Positions 1 to 8,164 of a DNA stretch of 12,533 nt are shown in pieces. Location of the stretch: the NCBI GenBank assembly GCA_025997275.1, contig BNUJ01000042.1, positions 1-12,533 on the forward strand, written 5' to 3'. The position numbers were made by a program, and so were the translations under genes. This DNA is from Deferribacterales bacterium (GTDB lineage Bacteria > Chrysiogenota > Deferribacteres > Deferribacterales > JAISNW01). How positions within the stretch are numbered: position 1 is the stretch's first letter; the number at the start of each line of letters is the position of its first letter. The notes beneath the pieces are model-generated. The model saw nothing but the letters and a program-made list of their open reading frames with translations, had not been told where the DNA came from and made no database searches.

Positions 1-1
1 T

Positions 2-433
2 GATGTTCATACGGAGCATCTAAGCATAGCTGTTTATGACAATAGAACGCTTATAGGAGCAAATGCAGGGCAGACAATGACACTCGCAAGTGTAGGCAAG
101 GTCAACACCACTTCTCTCGGCATAGATAATATATATGTGTTAGACGCAAAGAGTGCAGCTAAGGCACTAAACAAGATAGATATGGCAATAGAAAGCGTGC
201 TATATAAACGCACACTCACAGGAGAACAAATCAATAGACTTGGTTTCACTATGAATATGCTAAGCACTACCAAACAAAACCTCGTAGCAGCAAACTCTCG
301 GATAAAAGACCTAAACTTTGCAGAGGCTTCCGCTGACCTAGCAAAAAAACAACTACTAATGACCACCCAAATAAACCTGCTCTCGCAAGCTAACGCACTG
401 CCACAAACAATAATGCAGCTGATTGGAAAGTAA
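2..433 (+). CDS. Flagellin-family protein, C-terminal portion (5' end lies outside the window); flagellin (FliC/FlaB type) or possibly hook-associated protein FlgL
   Basis: The reading frame is open from position 2 and stops with TAA at 431-433. The translation ...IGANAGQTMTL...LGI...ALNKIDMAIESVLYKRTLTGEQINRLGFTMNMLSTTKQNLVAANSRIKDLNFAEASADLAKKQLLMTTQINLLSQANALPQTIMQLIGK matches the conserved flagellin C-terminal D0/D1 pattern (LGA-QNRL...SRI-D-D-A-E...QIL-Q...QAN--PQ--L-LL). About 125 aa separate the GANxGQTM motif from the end, which fits a short (~270 aa) flagellin. Confidence 0.8.
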   Translation, partial: DVHTEHLSIAVYDNRTLIGANAGQTMTLASVGKVNTTSLGIDNIYVLDAKSAAKALNKIDMAIESVLYKRTLTGEQINRLGFTMNMLSTTKQNLVAANSRIKDLNFAEASADLAKKQLLMTTQINLLSQANALPQTIMQLIGK

Positions 434-455
434 GGTTCGGACTAGACTCCACAAA

Positions 456-529
456 CGGGGACGATGGGACTTGAACCCACGACCTCTGACGTGACAGGCC
501 AGCGTTCTAACCAGCTGAACTACGCCCCC
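456..529 (-). tRNA. tRNA-Asp (anticodon GUC)
   Basis: Reverse complement GGGGGCG-TA-GTTC-AGCTGGTTA-GAAC-G-CTGGC-CTGTCAC-GTCAG-AGGTC-GTGGG-TTCAAGT-CCCAT-CGTCCCC-G folds as a cloverleaf with a 7-bp acceptor stem (one G.U), 4-bp D stem, 5-bp anticodon stem, GTC anticodon, and GTTCAAGTCC T-loop. CCA is not encoded. Confidence 0.85.
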
Positions 530-539
530 AATAAGGAAA

Positions 540-612
540 TGGACGCTGCAGGGATTGAACCTGCGACCCACGGCTTGTAAGGCCGTTGCTCTCCCAGCTG
601 AGCTAAGCGTCC
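540..612 (-). tRNA. tRNA-Val (anticodon UAC)
   Basis: Reverse complement GGACGCT-TA-GCTC-AGCTGGGAGA-GAGC-A-ACGGC-CTTACAA-GCCGT-GGGTC-GCAGG-TTCAATC-CCTGC-AGCGTCC-A. All four stems are perfect Watson-Crick, the anticodon is TAC, and the discriminator is A. CCA is not encoded. Confidence 0.9.
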
Positions 613-697
613 TAAACTTAAGAAATAACTCTCTCAATCTCAAATACCAAGTATATACCATAAATAGATATACTTATGCAACTGCCAAACCACACGT

Positions 698-772
698 TCA
701 AAACGTACGTCCCGTAGGAGATTTGAACTCCTGTCGTCGGCGTGAAGGGCCGATGTCCTAGGCCAAACTAGA
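698..772 (-). tRNA. tRNA-Glu (anticodon UUC)
   Basis: Reverse complement GTCCCGT-TC-GTCT-AGTTTGGCCTA-GGAC-A-TCGGC-CCTTCAC-GCCGA-CGAC-AGGAG-TTCAAAT-CTCCT-ACGGGAC-G. It closely resembles canonical bacterial tRNA-Glu (GTCCCCTTCGTCTAG...), with anticodon TTC and a perfect 7-bp acceptor stem. Confidence 0.88.
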
Positions 773-773
773 C

Positions 774-849
774 GAACGGGACATGGTGAGCCGTGTGGGA
801 CTTGAACCCACGACCTACGGCTTAAAAGGCAGTTGCTCTACCGGCTGAG
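774..849 (-). tRNA. tRNA-Lys (anticodon UUU), 3'-CCA encoded
   Basis: Reverse complement GAGCCGT-TA-GCTC-AGCCGGTA-GAGC-A-ACTGC-CTTTTAA-GCCGT-AGGTC-GTGGG-TTCAAGT-CCCAC-ACGGCTC-A-CCA. The acceptor, D and T stems are perfect. The anticodon stem has one U29.C41 mismatch. The anticodon loop CTTTTAA gives UUU. A genomically encoded CCA at 776-774 is followed after 1 nt by the 5' end of tRNA-Glu. Confidence 0.75.
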
Positions 850-909
850 CTAACGGCTCATATATCAGCAAGTGGACTGAAAACTCGCCTTTCAAACGTT
901 GGACTTGAA

Positions 910-938
910 CTTATATCAAACAAAAGTTAATCTGTCAA
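910..938 (-). promoter_or_regulatory. Sigma70-type promoter for the tRNA Lys-Glu-Val-Asp operon (minus strand: -35 TTGACA, 17-nt spacer, -10 TATAAG)
   Basis: The plus strand reads tgtcaa at 933-938 and cttata at 910-915 with exactly 17 nt between them. The predicted TSS is near 903, about 54 nt upstream of the tRNA-Lys 5' end. Confidence 0.55.
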
Positions 939-957
939 TACTTTTTAATGCATCTAT

Positions 958-986
958 TTGAATAAAATTTGAAAGTATGCTAAAAT
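958..986 (+). promoter_or_regulatory. Sigma70-type promoter for the asmA-like gene (TTGAAT, 17 nt, tgcTAAAAT extended -10)
   Basis: ttgaat at 958-963, a 17-nt spacer, and taaaat at 981-986 preceded by TG. The Shine-Dalgarno ggagg at 1001-1005 lies 11 nt before the ATG at 1017. This promoter is divergent from the tRNA promoter. Confidence 0.5.
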
Positions 987-1016
987 GTCAACATAACACG
1001 GAGGCGATTCATCAAT

Positions 1017-3665
1017 ATGGCAAGGATTATAGGTCTCATACTCAGCATTATTATTGTGCTCTCCCTGCTAACAATAATAATTCTGCCTTACATATTACAC
1101 CTAAACTCCTATAAACCGCAAATAGAACAGGCGGCTACAGCAGCTATAGGCAAGGAAGTCCGTATAGAAGGCGACTTGCAGTTGCGAATATTCCCTAGAA
1201 TACGCCTAGTGGCAGATAAAATAACAATACAAGACATCGGTAGCACAGGCAGACTGTCTGTCGCCGTGAAACTATTCCCTCTGCGCCATAAAGAATGTCA
1301 GATAGTGGAGATATTTATTGATTCTCTCAATGCTACTTACTCGGTGGACACCGTAGGTAAAAGCAATATAGCCGATATAATAAACAAAACCACCAGTCAA
1401 CAAACTGCACAAGCCACTCTAGTGGACAGTGGTTATAAAATAACCTTAAAAAATCTTGAGAAAGTCCGCGTTCGCCGTAGTAGCCTAACATATAGCAACG
1501 CAAACAGTGGTAGCAAACTCACGGCAAAACTCAATAAAATAGAGGTTCGCCACCGCGACACTAACCATAGAACTTTTACGGCAGATATTCTCCTGTTGAA
1601 TAGTGCAGACGTGGCAATATTAAGAGCAAACCTCTACGGCAGAGCAAATGACAACGCTGAACATGTAAATATAAACGTATTTGATAGCGATATATTTATG
1701 CCAAATGTAGGTATTGACAATAGGATTGAACTAGTAGCAGATGCCGCATATACATTTGCAGACAAGCGTTTCAATCTTGAAAGATTTACCCTAAATGGTT
1801 TCGGAGTGTCCCTGTTGATGAGTGCTACAGGGGACAACATTACCACTAACCACTCTATCAAAGGTAGACTTGACGTAGAACGGTTTTCACCACTCATCAC
1901 GCTCAACAAACTAGGTATTAACTACCTGCCTGCAGACTCAAAAACATTTGCCAGCGCAACTATGGATGGGACGTTTGAACTAACCAACGGAATACTGCGT
2001 GCGCCTATCAACCTAAATATTGATAATACCAGTGCTACACTCAATATATCGGCTAATTTTAACAGCAAAAAAACCTTGTTGAACACCCTGCTGACATTTA
2101 AGCAGCTAAACCTTGACAAATATATCCCTAGTCAGAAATATACAAACAACAACACACCTTTGCTACTTAAAAAGCCTAACCTTGACCTGCAATGGTTACC
2201 CGATATGGTAGCAGAGCTACAGATAGATGAAGTTAAACTCTTAAAGGAAACTTTTCGCGGTTTTACAGCTGTAGCGCAGATGAGCAACGGCAACGGCTCG
2301 TTAAGCATCAACGTAGATGACATAATGAAAGCCAGTCTTGTAGCCAATGTTGCGTTTGTTCCATCTCCCAAAAAGGCAACAACACTATCAACTAACTTAA
2401 CAATGAATGGTATTGACATACACAGACTGGTTAAAGTGTTGAACGGGGACAACACAACCGTGTCGCACCTCCCCCAAATAGGCTATATACAGTTGACTGC
2501 AATTCTCAATGACGACGAAATCTCGTTAAAAAACATTAACTTAAAGACTGATAATACCAGCATATCGGCAGGTTTTGACTTAACGTTCCAAGATGAAGCT
2601 ACTAAACCGCACCTAACGTTCCACCTGATTACAAATAGTATAAACTTAAAACACTTTATTTCGCCTGAGTTGCTGGTAGATAATATGACTCAACGCACGC
2701 AACCCGCCAGTGGCAACAACACAACAAGTCCGATAAAAGATAGGCTCACCCCTACCAACTATAAACGATTACCGTTTGCTAAGTTTATGACGTTGCTAGA
2801 TGCTGACGGATACATCTCATCAAAGAGTGTGCGTTTAGACAGCATAATATTTAGAGATATATCGGCGGACATTTCACTAAAAGATGGCACCGCTAAAATA
2901 TCGCCACTATCGGCTACGCTATGTGGCGGTAGCGTAGAGATAGATGCAACAATGTATGCTACCCCACCCACTGGCACTATGCCAATCACAGCTAACGTGT
3001 TGCTGAAAGAGATGGACGTAGCAGATACGATAGAATCATTTGCTAAAATTGAGGATGTAATGCGAGGCAAGATAACGGCTACAGGGGAGCTAGGAATATC
3101 TGGAATCGCCCCCGCCATAGTAATGTCGTCACTAACGGGCGAGCTAGACTATGTGATAGACAAGGGCGTTATTATGGGGATTGGCTATAACCCCAACCTT
3201 ATTACTCTTGATACCTTGAAATCAATATCTACTGCTAATTGGGACAGAGCGGTGAATATAGATAAGAGTAAGGGAAAACTTATATTTAGGCAGGGATTAC
3301 TAGAACTAGCCGAAGTAGCCTTTAACTCAAAATACATTGACGGAGAGCTACACGGGCTTATTGATATAAACTCCCCAGATAAAGATTTAGATATTAACGG
3401 AACTATTATTATGAACGGTGTCGGGGATGACGGCAAGGGGATGAAAGTACCGATGACTATCATCAGACGAATCGGCCAGACTAAAGTTGACATTGATAAA
3501 GAACTTATGGATAAGGCTGTCTCGGCACAGATAAAAAGATACTCAGGCACAGGGGTGTTTATTGCTCCTGTAGAGATACCTAAAGAGGTAGTAACAGGCA
3601 TAGGCTCTACTATAGGCGGAATCATAGACTGGATGTTTCCTAAAAAGAAAAAGGACGCTGAATAA
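1017..3665 (+). CDS. AsmA-family outer-membrane biogenesis / lipid transport protein (N-terminal TM anchor, AsmA and AsmA_2 regions)
   Basis: 882 aa. An N-terminal hydrophobic helix (IIGLILSIIIVLSLLTIIILPYIL) is followed by YKPQIEQAATAAIGKEVRIEGDLQLRIFPRIRLVADKITI, which parallels the E. coli AsmA N-terminus (...VKQVAARSGYQLQLDGPLRWHVWPQLSILSGRMSL). A long, low-conservation, Asn/Thr/Leu-rich beta-type middle region follows. The C-terminal LKDGTAKISPLSATLCGGSVEIDATM...GKITATGELGISG resembles the AsmA_2 / LKDGVATLNDMQGQSPVLALTGEG region. Confidence 0.7.
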   Translation: MARIIGLILSIIIVLSLLTIIILPYILHLNSYKPQIEQAATAAIGKEVRIEGDLQLRIFPRIRLVADKITIQDIGSTGRLSVAVKLFPLRHKECQIVEIFIDSLNATYSVDTVGKSNIADIINKTTSQQTAQATLVDSGYKITLKNLEKVRVRRSSLTYSNANSGSKLTAKLNKIEVRHRDTNHRTFTADILLLNSADVAILRANLYGRANDNAEHVNINVFDSDIFMPNVGIDNRIELVADAAYTFADKRFNLERFTLNGFGVSLLMSATGDNITTNHSIKGRLDVERFSPLITLNKLGINYLPADSKTFASATMDGTFELTNGILRAPINLNIDNTSATLNISANFNSKKTLLNTLLTFKQLNLDKYIPSQKYTNNNTPLLLKKPNLDLQWLPDMVAELQIDEVKLLKETFRGFTAVAQMSNGNGSLSINVDDIMKASLVANVAFVPSPKKATTLSTNLTMNGIDIHRLVKVLNGDNTTVSHLPQIGYIQLTAILNDDEISLKNINLKTDNTSISAGFDLTFQDEATKPHLTFHLITNSINLKHFISPELLVDNMTQRTQPASGNNTTSPIKDRLTPTNYKRLPFAKFMTLLDADGYISSKSVRLDSIIFRDISADISLKDGTAKISPLSATLCGGSVEIDATMYATPPTGTMPITANVLLKEMDVADTIESFAKIEDVMRGKITATGELGISGIAPAIVMSSLTGELDYVIDKGVIMGIGYNPNLITLDTLKSISTANWDRAVNIDKSKGKLIFRQGLLELAEVAFNSKYIDGELHGLIDINSPDKDLDINGTIIMNGVGDDGKGMKVPMTIIRRIGQTKVDIDKELMDKAVSAQIKRYSGTGVFIAPVEIPKEVVTGIGSTIGGIIDWMFPKKKKDAE

Positions 3666-3718
3666 TAGCCACTCAAAAAAGTGTTGATTTTTTTCACGCA
3701 ATAATTTAGTCTTGCTAC

Positions 3719-5743
3719 ATGAATAAATTTTTTAATGCTATAACTAATCGCTCACTCGCCTTTAAGGTAAGTGCTTGCATTTTATCGCTATTTGTAGTCG
3801 GTTTGGCGACTGCCATAGTCTCTGTGCTAGTTTTCACATCAAACAAAAATTACGTCAAGCTACTGGCAAGAACATCTATGCCGCTTGCGACTAATTCTAC
3901 AAAAATATCCGCTCTATCGTTTAACTTGCGTATTGCAGCTAGAGACTTTTATGCATTAGAGTGGGAACCCTCATATAATAAGGCAGTAGAACTGTATGAA
4001 CAGAGCATAAAAGTGTTAGAAGATACCGACCAGATGCTCTCTGCAAACACTGGAAGGATATCTGATGATATCAGACCGCATATTGCTGGTCTTAAAATAA
4101 CATTCCAATCGTATCGCAACATATTAGACAACGTTCATTCACTTATGTCAGAGATGAATAAAAATGCGGACGCTATAACAGCGGCTTCTATTGACATCGC
4201 TAACTACAAGGCTACGCTAGATAAGAATATTATGGGTATGATGGCACAAGGAGTTCCTGCCGAAAGAAGAAGACTGCTTATATCTATATCTGAACTGGGA
4301 GATGCTATCCTACTCCAATGCGAAAGACTTACGAGAAGCATTGTAACGGCAAAAACGTCTAAAAACCTGAAGTTTTTGAACGACTACGATGAGCGTATGG
4401 CTACGATTGGAAAAAACCTAGTATCGTTGCGGAAACTGATGGCAACGATTGACGGAATTAGCTATTCCGCATTGAATAATTTGTCATCTGCAATTGACAA
4501 ATATGATGAGAATACACGCATATTGGTAGACAATATAAATAAAATTAATGCCGTTCATTCTAACCTTGATGCAGATGGCACTTTGATAACGCAACATACC
4601 ACAGCTCTTGATGCCATTGCCGTTTTAGATACGCATACAGATGCAATAACGATTGATGATAGGCTATCTATAGCAACTTACTTTGTATATGGGTTTACGT
4701 TCCTATTCCTAGTGGTGGGAGCATTCGTATTATACTATCTACATACACACGTTTCTAATAAGCTGGCAAACTTTGTCATGCTGGTGGGTAATTTCACGCA
4801 AGGGTCGGGCGATTTAACACAGACTATTGCCGTATCTAGTGATGACGAGATGGGGGCACTAGCTGATAACATCAATCGCTTTGTTGGACGCGTGCGTGAA
4901 ATAATCATGCAAGTAAAATCATCAGCTGAATCTGTTGCCGGTGGCAATACACAACTAGCTAGCACTATGGAAGAGCTTTCTAGCACATTCGGCAGGCAAT
5001 CGGAGCAGGTTTCTACGGTGGCAATCGGCATGGATAGCATGTATTCACTATCGCAAAAAATAGTTGAAAACCTATCTAACAGCCTAAATATTATAAACTC
5101 AACAACCAGCGTTACCTTAAAGGGCGAAGAACAGCTGATGGCGGCTGTAAGCAATATGAACGTTATTAAAGATAAGACAGCAGTATTAGCCGCCACTGTA
5201 ACAGAGTTGCAAAAATCATCATCTAAGATAGGCGAAATATTAAATGTTATAAATGACATAGCAGACCAAACCAACCTACTCGCACTAAATGCCGCTATAG
5301 AGGCAGCTAGAGCTGGAGAGGCGGGACGAGGATTTGCCGTAGTGGCAGACGAAGTCCGTAAATTGGCGGAGAGAACGCAACGTTCTACAGATGAGATAGC
5401 CGAAATTATTACTACCCTGCAAGATGGCTCCTATGCCGTATCTAAAGATATGGGCGAGGCGTCGGCAAGCGTTGACGAAGGATTGCACAGTATCAATGAC
5501 GCTAGCACCCTATTTAACTCAACAGTGGACTCCGTTGGGGACGTAAACCTCAACATCAGTAGCATTAACGATGATATAGGCAGACAGTTTGATATGATAA
5601 AAAGTATAAATGACAATACACATGGGCTTGCAAGTGGCATTGAGGAGAGCGTTCGTGCTGTGGGTGAACTTACAAGCACGGTGAGTCATCTGCAATATAA
5701 GGCTGAGTGCTTGAACGCCATTGTCGGCAAGTTCAAGGTATAG
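3719..5743 (+). CDS. Methyl-accepting chemotaxis protein (2 TM, ~280-aa periplasmic helical sensor domain, HAMP, MCP signalling domain)
   Basis: TM1 is at aa ~18-40 and TM2 ([26 protein letters not shown]) at aa ~318-343. A HAMP-like linker follows, then the near-invariant MCP core [43 protein letters not shown]. No Shine-Dalgarno precedes the ATG. The gene lies 53 nt downstream of the asmA-like gene. Confidence 0.9.
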   Translation: MNKFFNAITNRSLAFKVSACILSLFVVGLATAIVSVLVFTSNKNYVKLLARTSMPLATNSTKISALSFNLRIAARDFYALEWEPSYNKAVELYEQSIKVLEDTDQMLSANTGRISDDIRPHIAGLKITFQSYRNILDNVHSLMSEMNKNADAITAASIDIANYKATLDKNIMGMMAQGVPAERRRLLISISELGDAILLQCERLTRSIVTAKTSKNLKFLNDYDERMATIGKNLVSLRKLMATIDGISYSALNNLSSAIDKYDENTRILVDNINKINAVHSNLDADGTLITQHTTALDAIAVLDTHTDAITIDDRLSIATYFVYGFTFLFLVVGAFVLYYLHTHVSNKLANFVMLVGNFTQGSGDLTQTIAVSSDDEMGALADNINRFVGRVREIIMQVKSSAESVAGGNTQLASTMEELSSTFGRQSEQVSTVAIGMDSMYSLSQKIVENLSNSLNIINSTTSVTLKGEEQLMAAVSNMNVIKDKTAVLAATVTELQKSSSKIGEILNVINDIADQTNLLALNAAIEAARAGEAGRGFAVVADEVRKLAERTQRSTDEIAEIITTLQDGSYAVSKDMGEASASVDEGLHSINDASTLFNSTVDSVGDVNLNISSINDDIGRQFDMIKSINDNTHGLASGIEESVRAVGELTSTVSHLQYKAECLNAIVGKFKV

Positions 5744-5765
5744 ATAAACACGCTAGGCGCAATCT

Positions 5766-6377
5766 TTGGGCGATATTTCATTTCTCTACCACTTTGACCT
5801 TGCAGGCACATTTGCTTTCGCTGTCAGCGGAGCTATGCTCGGTGTCAAGAAAGATATGGATATTTACGGACAGCTAATATTGGCTCTTGCTGTAGCAGTC
5901 GGCGGAGGCACCATCAGAGACGTATTTTTAGGCAGCTTGCCACCATTCATATTTCGCGATGAAAATTATTTTTACATAGTATCTCTTGCCGTAGTGCTAG
6001 TTGCGCTGTTTACGCGCTACTTTGAGCGTAGCATTAGCTATCTAAACTTGGCAGATGCCATAGGATTAGGCACATTCACGGTAATAGGCGCAAATAAAGC
6101 ACTGATGACAGGGCTTGAATGGCAAGGCGTTTTATTTTGCGCTGTCCTCACCGCTACAGGTGGCGGTATGCTCCGTGATATATTAGCGGGCGAAATCCCC
6201 GTTGTATTAAAACGCGAGATTTACGCCTCAGCGAGCATACTGGGCGGAGCATTATTTTACGTTATGTATGCATATAACGTGCCTTATGAGGCACGAGCGT
6301 TTATAACTGCTGCTATAGTTGTGCTTGTGCGGTTGATAGCACTTAAAAAGAACCTTAATCTTCCTCACATATCGTAG
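5766..6377 (+). CDS. UPF0126 / TRIC-like (YadS/YicG family) inner-membrane protein with duplicated Gly-rich GGGxxRD motif
   Basis: The N-terminus LYHFDLAGTFAFAVSGAMLGVKK aligns with the YadS start (VYWLDIVGTAVFAISGVLLAGK). There are two internal repeats carrying ALAVAVGGGTIRDVFLG and VLTATGGGMLRDILAG. The only available start is TTG at 5766, because an in-frame TAG sits at 5754-5756, and there is no Shine-Dalgarno. It lies 22 nt after the MCP stop, so translation may be coupled. Confidence 0.65.
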   Translation: MGDISFLYHFDLAGTFAFAVSGAMLGVKKDMDIYGQLILALAVAVGGGTIRDVFLGSLPPFIFRDENYFYIVSLAVVLVALFTRYFERSISYLNLADAIGLGTFTVIGANKALMTGLEWQGVLFCAVLTATGGGMLRDILAGEIPVVLKREIYASASILGGALFYVMYAYNVPYEARAFITAAIVVLVRLIALKKNLNLPHIS

Positions 6378-7146
6378 TCTTGCGCGCAGTCACGATAAAC
6401 GCACTGTGGTTATATATCCAAGTATCGGGGCGGACTGACAAGCCATCTACCTTCCATGGACGCAATATTTGTTCAAAGGTCTCTATTTCGTCAAAATAGC
6501 CACACTCTCTTAAACAATCTACCATACTCTTTACCTGTAGCACGGTGGGAATATAACTGACCATAAGCCCGCCGTTAACTAGCCCGTTCTTCAAATGTGG
6601 CACAACCTGCCATGGTTCTGGCAAGTCTAACAAGACTCTATCAAAAACCCCGTCTATTCCCTGATAAATATCACGCAGTTCAATATTATAATTGGTCGGC
6701 TCATAGCCGAGATATGAATATATAAATTTCTTGGACATATCAGCAAAGTCTTTCCTAATCTCATAAGATGTTAGCTTCCCTGTCCCAGCAAGCGCACGCA
6801 GGACAGCAATAGATAAAGCCCCTTGCCCTACGCCAGATTCCAATATGTTCTGATGAGGGGCAACATCCCCCCACATAAGTATTGCAGCTGTATCTTTAGG
6901 ATATATTATCTGCGCCTGTCTCTTAATGTGCATAACATAGTCGCGATATGTTACACCAAATACCCTGTAAGGCTGTTCCTTGCCGATAGTTTTAACTATA
7001 GCACCAGACGGAGTCTGCGCAAGAGTGTCGTGTTCAATGTAGCCATATTGTGAAGAAAATCTGCCACCCGGTTTCAGCGTAAGCATGTGGCGATTGCGCT
7101 TGCGGTCAGTAAGGATGACTATTCCATAGCCTAACGGTTCATTCAT
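6355..7146 (-). CDS. trmI: tRNA (adenine58-N1)-methyltransferase TrmI (Gcd14 family)
   Basis: The pattern is collinear with Thermus/Mycobacterium TrmI: LKPGGRF...G.I.H..L...G..V.T..G, then YPKD.A.I, the SAM motif LESGVGQGALSIAVLRA, then LLDLPEPWQVV, SYIPTVLQV, RPWKV and HSAFIVTARK. The ATG at 7146 is the likely start (the ORF track extends to TTG at 7149). It sits 14 nt downstream of the rlpA stop. Confidence 0.82.
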   Translation of the reverse strand: MNEPLGYGIVILTDRKRNRHMLTLKPGGRFSSQYGYIEHDTLAQTPSGAIVKTIGKEQPYRVFGVTYRDYVMHIKRQAQIIYPKDTAAILMWGDVAPHQNILESGVGQGALSIAVLRALAGTGKLTSYEIRKDFADMSKKFIYSYLGYEPTNYNIELRDIYQGIDGVFDRVLLDLPEPWQVVPHLKNGLVNGGLMVSYIPTVLQVKSMVDCLRECGYFDEIETFEQILRPWKVDGLSVRPDTWIYNHSAFIVTARKTTICEED

Positions 7147-7160
7147 CAATAACGCGCCAG

Positions 7161-8156
7161 TTACTCAGCCACAACAAAGGCATCTGGAAAATTTCCTTCA
7201 AAGCTTGCTAACGCACTTGTTGCATCCTGCTTTGAGGTGTAACCAGCTATTCTGACCCTGTAATACTGCTTTCCATTAACCACCGCAGGAACAATAACAG
7301 CATTAGAATATCTGCCCGCTATCTTTCTCGCCTCTGATATAGTCCTGTATGCTGCTATTTGGACATTAAAGTTGCCATGCTGTATATCAACCCTCTCCCC
7401 CTCAGTCTTGACACTGCGCTTGTTTTCAGACAAAACTGTTATACGCACCTTAGCAACGCCAGCGTCAAGCATATCAATATCCTTTGCCGCAGACAGAGAC
7501 AGGTCTATAATGCGCCCCTTAGAAAAAGGTCCTCTGTCGTTTATACGGACAACAGTTTTTTTGCCGTTTTCAAGATTTTCTACCTCTACAAACGTAGGCA
7601 TAGGTAGAGTTTTATGGGCAGCAGTATAAGCATACATATTATAAACTTCGCCGTTTGAAGTTCTTTTATTGTTGAACCCATCACCATTACCATAGTGAGA
7701 GGCAAGCCCTACCTCTTGATAACCCGGTTCTACATCTTGCAACGGATAATAGGTGACTCCCTTTATAGTATATGGTCCACCCGTCTTGCGCGGATACTTA
7801 ACGTCAGAAGTATCGCTATTTACAGAGGCATTAAAATAGGCACTACCACTCCCCCTCGTATCCTCAGCACCCTCATCGTCTTTGTCTGTTATTGCAAGCC
7901 CGCTTCCATCGCTAGAGCCAGTAGCTTGCGACCTGTTGTAAGGGGCTGACTGTGGCTCTTCCACGTCATCGTTTATAGTGCCACCTTCACCCGCAGAACT
8001 AGCAAAGCTACGCTCCTGCACGGGCTTATTGCCATTTGCCCTATACACCACCTGTGCATCCGTTCGCTCGCTTATATCAGTGATTTGCGAGCATGCGGAC
8101 AACACAAAAATAGCCGTCAGAGACATATTCTTTAATGTATTCAATGCATATTTCAT
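7161..8156 (-). CDS. rlpA: Septal ring lytic transglycosylase-like lipoprotein RlpA (lipobox, acidic Ser/Gly linker, double-psi beta-barrel, C-terminal SPOR domain)
   Basis: Signal peptide [22 protein letters not shown] with a VLSAC lipobox. A ~110-aa low-complexity D/E/S/G linker follows. The DPBB core ([61 protein letters not shown]) matches RlpA. The C-terminal [22 protein letters not shown]...[22 protein letters not shown] is a SPOR repeat. Confidence 0.85.
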   Translation of the reverse strand: MKYALNTLKNMSLTAIFVLSACSQITDISERTDAQVVYRANGNKPVQERSFASSAGEGGTINDDVEEPQSAPYNRSQATGSSDGSGLAITDKDDEGAEDTRGSGSAYFNASVNSDTSDVKYPRKTGGPYTIKGVTYYPLQDVEPGYQEVGLASHYGNGDGFNNKRTSNGEVYNMYAYTAAHKTLPMPTFVEVENLENGKKTVVRINDRGPFSKGRIIDLSLSAAKDIDMLDAGVAKVRITVLSENKRSVKTEGERVDIQHGNFNVQIAAYRTISEARKIAGRYSNAVIVPAVVNGKQYYRVRIAGYTSKQDATSALASFEGNFPDAFVVAE

Positions 8157-8164
8157 AAACTATA

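Noticed and set aside
434-455. Terminator between the flagellin stop and the tRNA-Asp 3' end
   Set aside because: The gap is only 22 nt and I found no stem-loop followed by a T-tract on either strand. Termination signals, if any, must lie within the flanking genes.
356-761. ORFs 356..661(-) and 555..761(+) from the six-frame track
   Set aside because: They lie entirely across the four tRNA genes and their spacers. Their translations are GC-biased nonsense with no start context, so they are artefacts of the ORF finder.
3185-3697. 170-aa minus-strand ORF, plus other minus-strand ORFs (1634-1909, 1922-2119, 2132-2455, 2759-3118) within the asmA-like gene
   Set aside because: All are antisense to a long confident CDS and none has a recognisable domain. 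They are consequences of the AT-rich, stop-poor antisense frames.
3671-3700. A/T hairpin (caaaaaa-gtgttga-ttttttt) after the asmA-like stop as an intrinsic terminator
   Set aside because: The stem is entirely A:T with no GC clamp, so it is unlikely to be a stable terminator. It is more likely part of the MCP promoter or UTR.
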